NCBI GenBank assembly: GCA_963783575.1
Contig: CAWAOD010000011.1
Location: 288,001-352,000, forward strand
Direction: 5' to 3'
DNA from: an uncultured Spirochaetota bacterium
GTDB taxonomy: Bacteria > Spirochaetota > Brevinematia > Brevinematales > JAOACQ01
DNA length: 64,000 nucleotides
The notes beneath the pieces were generated by a model. That model had not been told where the DNA came from, ran no database searches, and worked only from the letters and a program-made list of their open reading frames with translations. Position numbers and translations under genes: made by a program. Below are positions 60,046 to 64,000 of the stretch, one piece after another. Position 1 is the first letter of the stretch. Each line of letters starts with the position of its first letter.

Positions 60046-60291
60046 ACCTTTTTATTCAAGCTGTTTAATTTAGTATGCTGATTAAAAATAAAACTCTATA
60101 TTATTAATGGATTAAAAACTTTTTTATCTTATTGATTTCAATTAGACACAATACAGAAGATAATGCATTGTGTCATATATGCAACCCTTCGTGTAATAAT
60201 AATAAAACAGCTGAATTATTTGCTACTTTAAAAGGAATTTTGAAATCCTTTAAAATTTATTCGGTTATATTTTGAAAATAAGGATAATAGT

Positions 60292-61230
60292 ATGAATATT
60301 CTCATCACCGGTGGAGCCGGATTCATCGGTTCACACCTCGCAGAAGAACTGATCAATAAAAAAGATTTTACTGGCAAAATTGTTATAATAGATAATCTTT
60401 CAACTGGAAAACTTGAAAATCTTCCGAAAAGCAATCAACTGGAATTTATTGAAATGGATATTACTGATGCCGACCGAATTGATGAATTATTTAGAAAGTA
60501 TTCTTTCGATTACATCTTTCATCTAGCCGCTATAGCTTCTGTTCAGGATTCTATTATAAATCCGATTAATACTCATAAGGTCAACTTTGACGCGACTTTG
60601 TATTTACTGGAGAAAGCAAGGGGACAGAAAAATTTAAAACATTTTATTTTTGCCAGTTCCGCTGCGGTTTATGGCGACGATCCATCACTTCCCTGCCGTG
60701 AAGACAATCCGGTTAATCCCATATCGCCTTATGGAGTCGATAAATATGCTTCTGAAAGATATGTAATCAATCATTGCAGACTCTATGGAACCCCGGCAAC
60801 AGTTTTTCGTTTTTTTAACATATTCGGTCCAAGGCAAAATCCTACTTCTCCCTATTCGGGAGTGATTTCCATATTTGCCGAAGCGTTTAAACAAAGTAAA
60901 CCTAATATTACAATATTCGGGGATGGAAAACAAACCAGGGATTTTGTTTATGTGAAAGACCTGGTGAAGATCATTTTAAATTCGTTAAATAGCGATAAAA
61001 TAATAGGGGAAGTTTATAATATCGGTACGGGAAGAGAAACTTATCTTAAATTAATCGTCGAGCATTTAGAAGAAATTACCGGGAAGAAGGCTAAAATTAA
61101 TTACAAAAGTGAAAGACAAGGTGATATCAAAAGATCAGTGGCTGATAAAAATAAGATTATTTCAGATAAAATTATTGATCGATTTATTTCAGTTAAAGAA
61201 GGTTTGAGACAATTAATGGATAGTATCTGA
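60292..61230 (+). CDS. NDP-sugar 4-epimerase (GalE/WbpP-like SDR)
   Basis: TGGAGFIGSH, SSAAVYG, SPYGVDK, FNIFGPRQ, YSGVI, RDFVYV. Confidence 0.9.
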   Translation: MNILITGGAGFIGSHLAEELINKKDFTGKIVIIDNLSTGKLENLPKSNQLEFIEMDITDADRIDELFRKYSFDYIFHLAAIASVQDSIINPINTHKVNFDATLYLLEKARGQKNLKHFIFASSAAVYGDDPSLPCREDNPVNPISPYGVDKYASERYVINHCRLYGTPATVFRFFNIFGPRQNPTSPYSGVISIFAEAFKQSKPNITIFGDGKQTRDFVYVKDLVKIILNSLNSDKIIGEVYNIGTGRETYLKLIVEHLEEITGKKAKINYKSERQGDIKRSVADKNKIISDKIIDRFISVKEGLRQLMDSI

Positions 61231-61446
61231 TTATTAATTAAACTAAGCAAAAATTATAAACTAATTGGGCAAGAAAAAATCATATAACTTATTCCAATAA
61301 TTAGTAATATTAACTCTTTGGTTAGTGTAGCAATAGTGTAAATATTATGATATCAGATAATGCCAAATTTCATTTATAAAAGACTAATTAGGGCTTACTG
61401 AAAAACTAGTTTTGAAAATTATGCACAAGCCGGAACAGCATAAGCG

Positions 61447-61664
61447 CTAACTTGTTAAGGAAAAATATTCCACAATTTGCATTTTTCTTCTTCTCTTTTT
61501 ATTAATAAGTCCTCTGGAAATTCTTATCCAATTTATAAAAATACCGGTAAGCGAAAGGCATGGAATAATTACTCTCTGCATTTCATGAAGCATAAATGCA
61601 AATTCACGCCAACGGCTTACTATCCCTGCCCTGATTAATAATATCATAACCCCAGGGGGAAAAA
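61447..61664 (-). CDS. Overlapping +1-frame ORF, candidate frameshift extension of the IS4 transposase
   Basis: Open from the T5C5 run (61655-61664) to a TAG inside the TIR; SRWREFAFMLHEMQ...KKRRRKMQ. Confidence 0.5.
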
Positions 61665-62722
61665 GTCTGGGCTTGCCAGATAAGTTTTTCGTTTAACAGG
61701 GCCACAAACAATTTGCCATACAGCCAAGCCTTGGAACTTTCATCTGTATATTTAGGCAAATGCCCAAGTTCCGCAAGTTGCTTAAAACGTTTAAATACTA
61801 ATTCAACCTGCCATCGTAATCTATACCATCGCAGTATTTCTGCCGGCGGAAAACTTGACTCTTCAAAAGTTGTGAATACAATCACAAACTCCGCATATAT
61901 TAGTGTCTCCGGTTTTAACTTCTGACTCTTTTTTATAGCATGCTTTTTAATACGTTTGTGAGCCTTAAGAATAGCTTGTTCAGATTTTCTTATAACACAA
62001 ACTCTACCGGAAACAGTGGTTTTATCAGGGCATTGTAAATGAACATTCCATGAACATGCTTGTCCCGATTTCGAAACTTCTGATAATCTATCCAGCCAAT
62101 TAAATGGCTTACCGGATGAATCGCTAACTACAACATGATGAGGGCTGATGCGGACCAATAGAGAAGCTTTCTGCTCAACGGCAAACTTTATTCCCGGAGC
62201 CTGACCATAACCTCGATCACCTATAATATAATCACCCGGTTTCAAATCAAATTGTTTAAACGACTCACCCGTCCCTATACCGTTCATTTGAGTTACGCGA
62301 AAGTAGTCACACTTGAATGTAGGTAGTCTAAGACTGTAATGAACCTTCCATAAACTTCCCGTCCTTCCAGGTTCTTTAACTACAGTAGCATCAAGAAGGC
62401 GAACTTCAAATCCATCTTTATTTTCCAGTTTCACACCTCGCTCCTCAAATAAACCTTCACATAATGACGCCAACCAATCCGAACTCTTTCTTAATCGCTT
62501 CAGCAAGGCAACATCAGATAAATCTGCTAAATTGGCTTCACGAGCCCTTACTACTGTTTCTCTTAGAGAAAACCCGCCAGCCAGATGAATCAAAAGGGTT
62601 CTGAGCAAGTCCTCCTCAGATTTGCACTTACGCAATCCCCTTAATGCACCCGTTTCCTTTGCCTTTTCACGCCAACCTATTGGAAACATTGAAACTAAAA
62701 TATTCCAATCTTCATTAATCAT
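61604..62722 (-). CDS. IS4-family DDE transposase
   Basis: LLDAT, GDRGY, Y.LRWQVELVFKRFK (YREK motif); start MINEDW with GGGAGG RBS. Confidence 0.92.
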   Translation of the reverse strand: MINEDWNILVSMFPIGWREKAKETGALRGLRKCKSEEDLLRTLLIHLAGGFSLRETVVRAREANLADLSDVALLKRLRKSSDWLASLCEGLFEERGVKLENKDGFEVRLLDATVVKEPGRTGSLWKVHYSLRLPTFKCDYFRVTQMNGIGTGESFKQFDLKPGDYIIGDRGYGQAPGIKFAVEQKASLLVRISPHHVVVSDSSGKPFNWLDRLSEVSKSGQACSWNVHLQCPDKTTVSGRVCVIRKSEQAILKAHKRIKKHAIKKSQKLKPETLIYAEFVIVFTTFEESSFPPAEILRWYRLRWQVELVFKRFKQLAELGHLPKYTDESSKAWLYGKLFVALLNEKLIWQAQTFSPWGYDIINQGRDSKPLA

Positions 62723-62778
62723 AGCCGCCTCCCATATAAATATTATAGCTATTATTTGTAAAAATATCAAGAATCAAG

Positions 62779-64000
62779 TTAGCGCTTATGAGCCGGAACA
62801 GTAAAAAATTCAAAAAATAGACGTAAGAAAATTTGGCGCAAAAGAAGCCGAAGCTTCTTTTCCAGATTTAATAAAAAGAAATTCAAAGCTATTACAGTTT
62901 CGCTTGTATTTGGAAGCTTTGTCATTATCAGGCTTAACCCATATTTCCTTTTACCAACCCCAAATTCTCCTTCTACCGCATTTCTTACTGAAACATCCCT
63001 CTTTTCCTGAGCCTTCAGCCTTTCCTTCTCTTTCTCATCTATTTTCAGCCTGCCCAGAGGCGGACCGCTTAACCGTATGCCTCTTTCTTTACAATATACC
63101 AGATTTACTCTATTCCGGTATATTTTATCCGCTATAACTGATTTTGGATAGCAGCCAAACCTCTTACGATATTTCTCAACCTGATCCTTCAGTATCGTTC
63201 CTTCATTGAAATTTTCCCAGCTTATCTTATCTGTAAACGCATAGCCGTTTACCATACTTATAGATACTTTTGCCCCAAACTCAACATTCGCTCCCGCTTT
63301 ACCACGGACTATCGGCCTGATATGCGGCTTGGATATGCTTACTATCCTTCCGGAAATACTGTGAGTTCCTTTTTCAAACATCTCTTTTTGCTGTTCATAA
63401 AGTTTCTTGATCACTTTCAATTCTTCATGCTTCCTTTCCGACATTTTTGATAAATCTAGTCTTTCCGTATATTTTAAATCCCGCCTCACATAATTAAGCT
63501 GTTTCCTGATTGCTTGAGCCAATTTATTCGAACTGATCTTTTTGTTCTTCGCTGCAGTTAAATAATCTTTACGCCCTTTCCGGCGGTATGTTCTCGGTCT
63601 ATTATCCCCAAAGTCTCCACGAATGCAGCCTTCATCAATCATCTTTTCCAGCTTCATTCGCGCTTCATCCAACAAATTCAAATCCGTTGGGTATTTGATG
63701 TCTGCCGGTGCGCATGTCGCGTCCATCAATAGCTTTCCCTTATTTTTAGGATCATCGTCTTTCTTATTCCCTTTTTCCTTCTTTGCTTTCTTTTCCGCAA
63801 AAAGGGCATCGTTCACCTCTTCCAGCATTTCCGGTTTTACCCTTTTACGGAAATACACCATCATCGTCGAGTCAAACGGCTGTTTCCCCTGGTACTCACT
63901 TAATCCGATGAAATACTGGTAGTAAGGATTTTCTATGATCTGTGCAACGGTTTCTTCATCGGTAAATCCAAATCGTTGTTGTATGATCAATGCCCCAACA
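62779..64000 (-). CDS. IS5-family transposase (5' end beyond window)
   Basis: ENPYYQYFIG, DATCAPADIKYPTD, RPIVRGK...EFGAK, ADKIY, RNAVEGEFG..KRKY. Confidence 0.93.
   Translation of the reverse strand, partial: VGALIIQQRFGFTDEETVAQIIENPYYQYFIGLSEYQGKQPFDSTMMVYFRKRVKPEMLEEVNDALFAEKKAKKEKGNKKDDDPKNKGKLLMDATCAPADIKYPTDLNLLDEARMKLEKMIDEGCIRGDFGDNRPRTYRRKGRKDYLTAAKNKKISSNKLAQAIRKQLNYVRRDLKYTERLDLSKMSERKHEELKVIKKLYEQQKEMFEKGTHSISGRIVSISKPHIRPIVRGKAGANVEFGAKVSISMVNGYAFTDKISWENFNEGTILKDQVEKYRKRFGCYPKSVIADKIYRNRVNLVYCKERGIRLSGPPLGRLKIDEKEKERLKAQEKRDVSVRNAVEGEFGVGKRKYGLSLIMTKLPNTSETVIALNFFLLNLEKKLRLLLRQIFLRLFFEFFTVPAHKR

Larger units (their letters stand above)
61439..62790 (-). mobile_element. Complete IS4-family element, 1352 bp
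   Basis: Perfect 16-bp TIR CATAAGCGCTAACTTG (61439-61454 / 62775-62790); 11-bp TSD AGCCGGAACAG (61428-61438 / 62791-62801). Confidence 0.93.
61391..64000 (-). mobile_element. IS5-family insertion sequence (other end beyond window), interrupted by nested IS4
   Basis: Transposase 62779..>64000; its original 3' end and terminal GGGCTTACTGAAAAA resume at 61438-61391 beyond the IS4, next to TTA. Confidence 0.85.

Noticed and set aside
758..63922. Numerous 60-200 aa ORFs antisense to or nested in called genes (e.g. 11709..12158, 31712..32137, 55868..56461)
   Set aside because: Shadow ORFs of well-supported genes with no motifs of their own

Overview
Bacterial chromosomal window, AT-rich and probably from a spirochete (inferred from the lipobox style and chemoreceptor type, not proven). 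1-12.9 kb is housekeeping and sensory: rpsO-ribF-murJ, a frameshifted CsgG-like/beta-barrel gene, divergent dapA/lysA, a stand-alone Cache protein with two MCPs, and a metallophosphoesterase-CuA cupredoxin fusion. 13-61 kb is a large mosaic surface-glycan (LPS/O-antigen) locus. It holds ADP-heptose genes (GT9, hldE, hldD) interrupted by an MNT-HEPN pair whose toxin carries a nonsense codon. A minus-strand CDP-3,6-dideoxyhexose operon (rfbF/G/H) also encodes a split transketolase, a NeuB-cupin protein, a ThDP enzyme, a HAD-SDR fusion and methyltransferases, and is a candidate pathway for a C4-branched higher-carbon sugar. These are followed by gmd-hddA-reductase, wzm/wzt, two giant coiled-coil multi-domain glycosyltransferases, and a GT-C/flippase modification module. 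Several decayed gene remnants are missing from the ORF track (GtrA, carbamoyltransferase, GT11, DUF6922/AbiEii). At the right end an IS4-family element (16-bp TIRs, 11-bp TSD, T5C5 frameshift candidate) is nested in the 3' end of an IS5-family element, and a decayed inverted IS5 copy lies upstream. No rRNA, tRNA or CRISPR array was seen. All family assignments come from motif recognition, not database searches.
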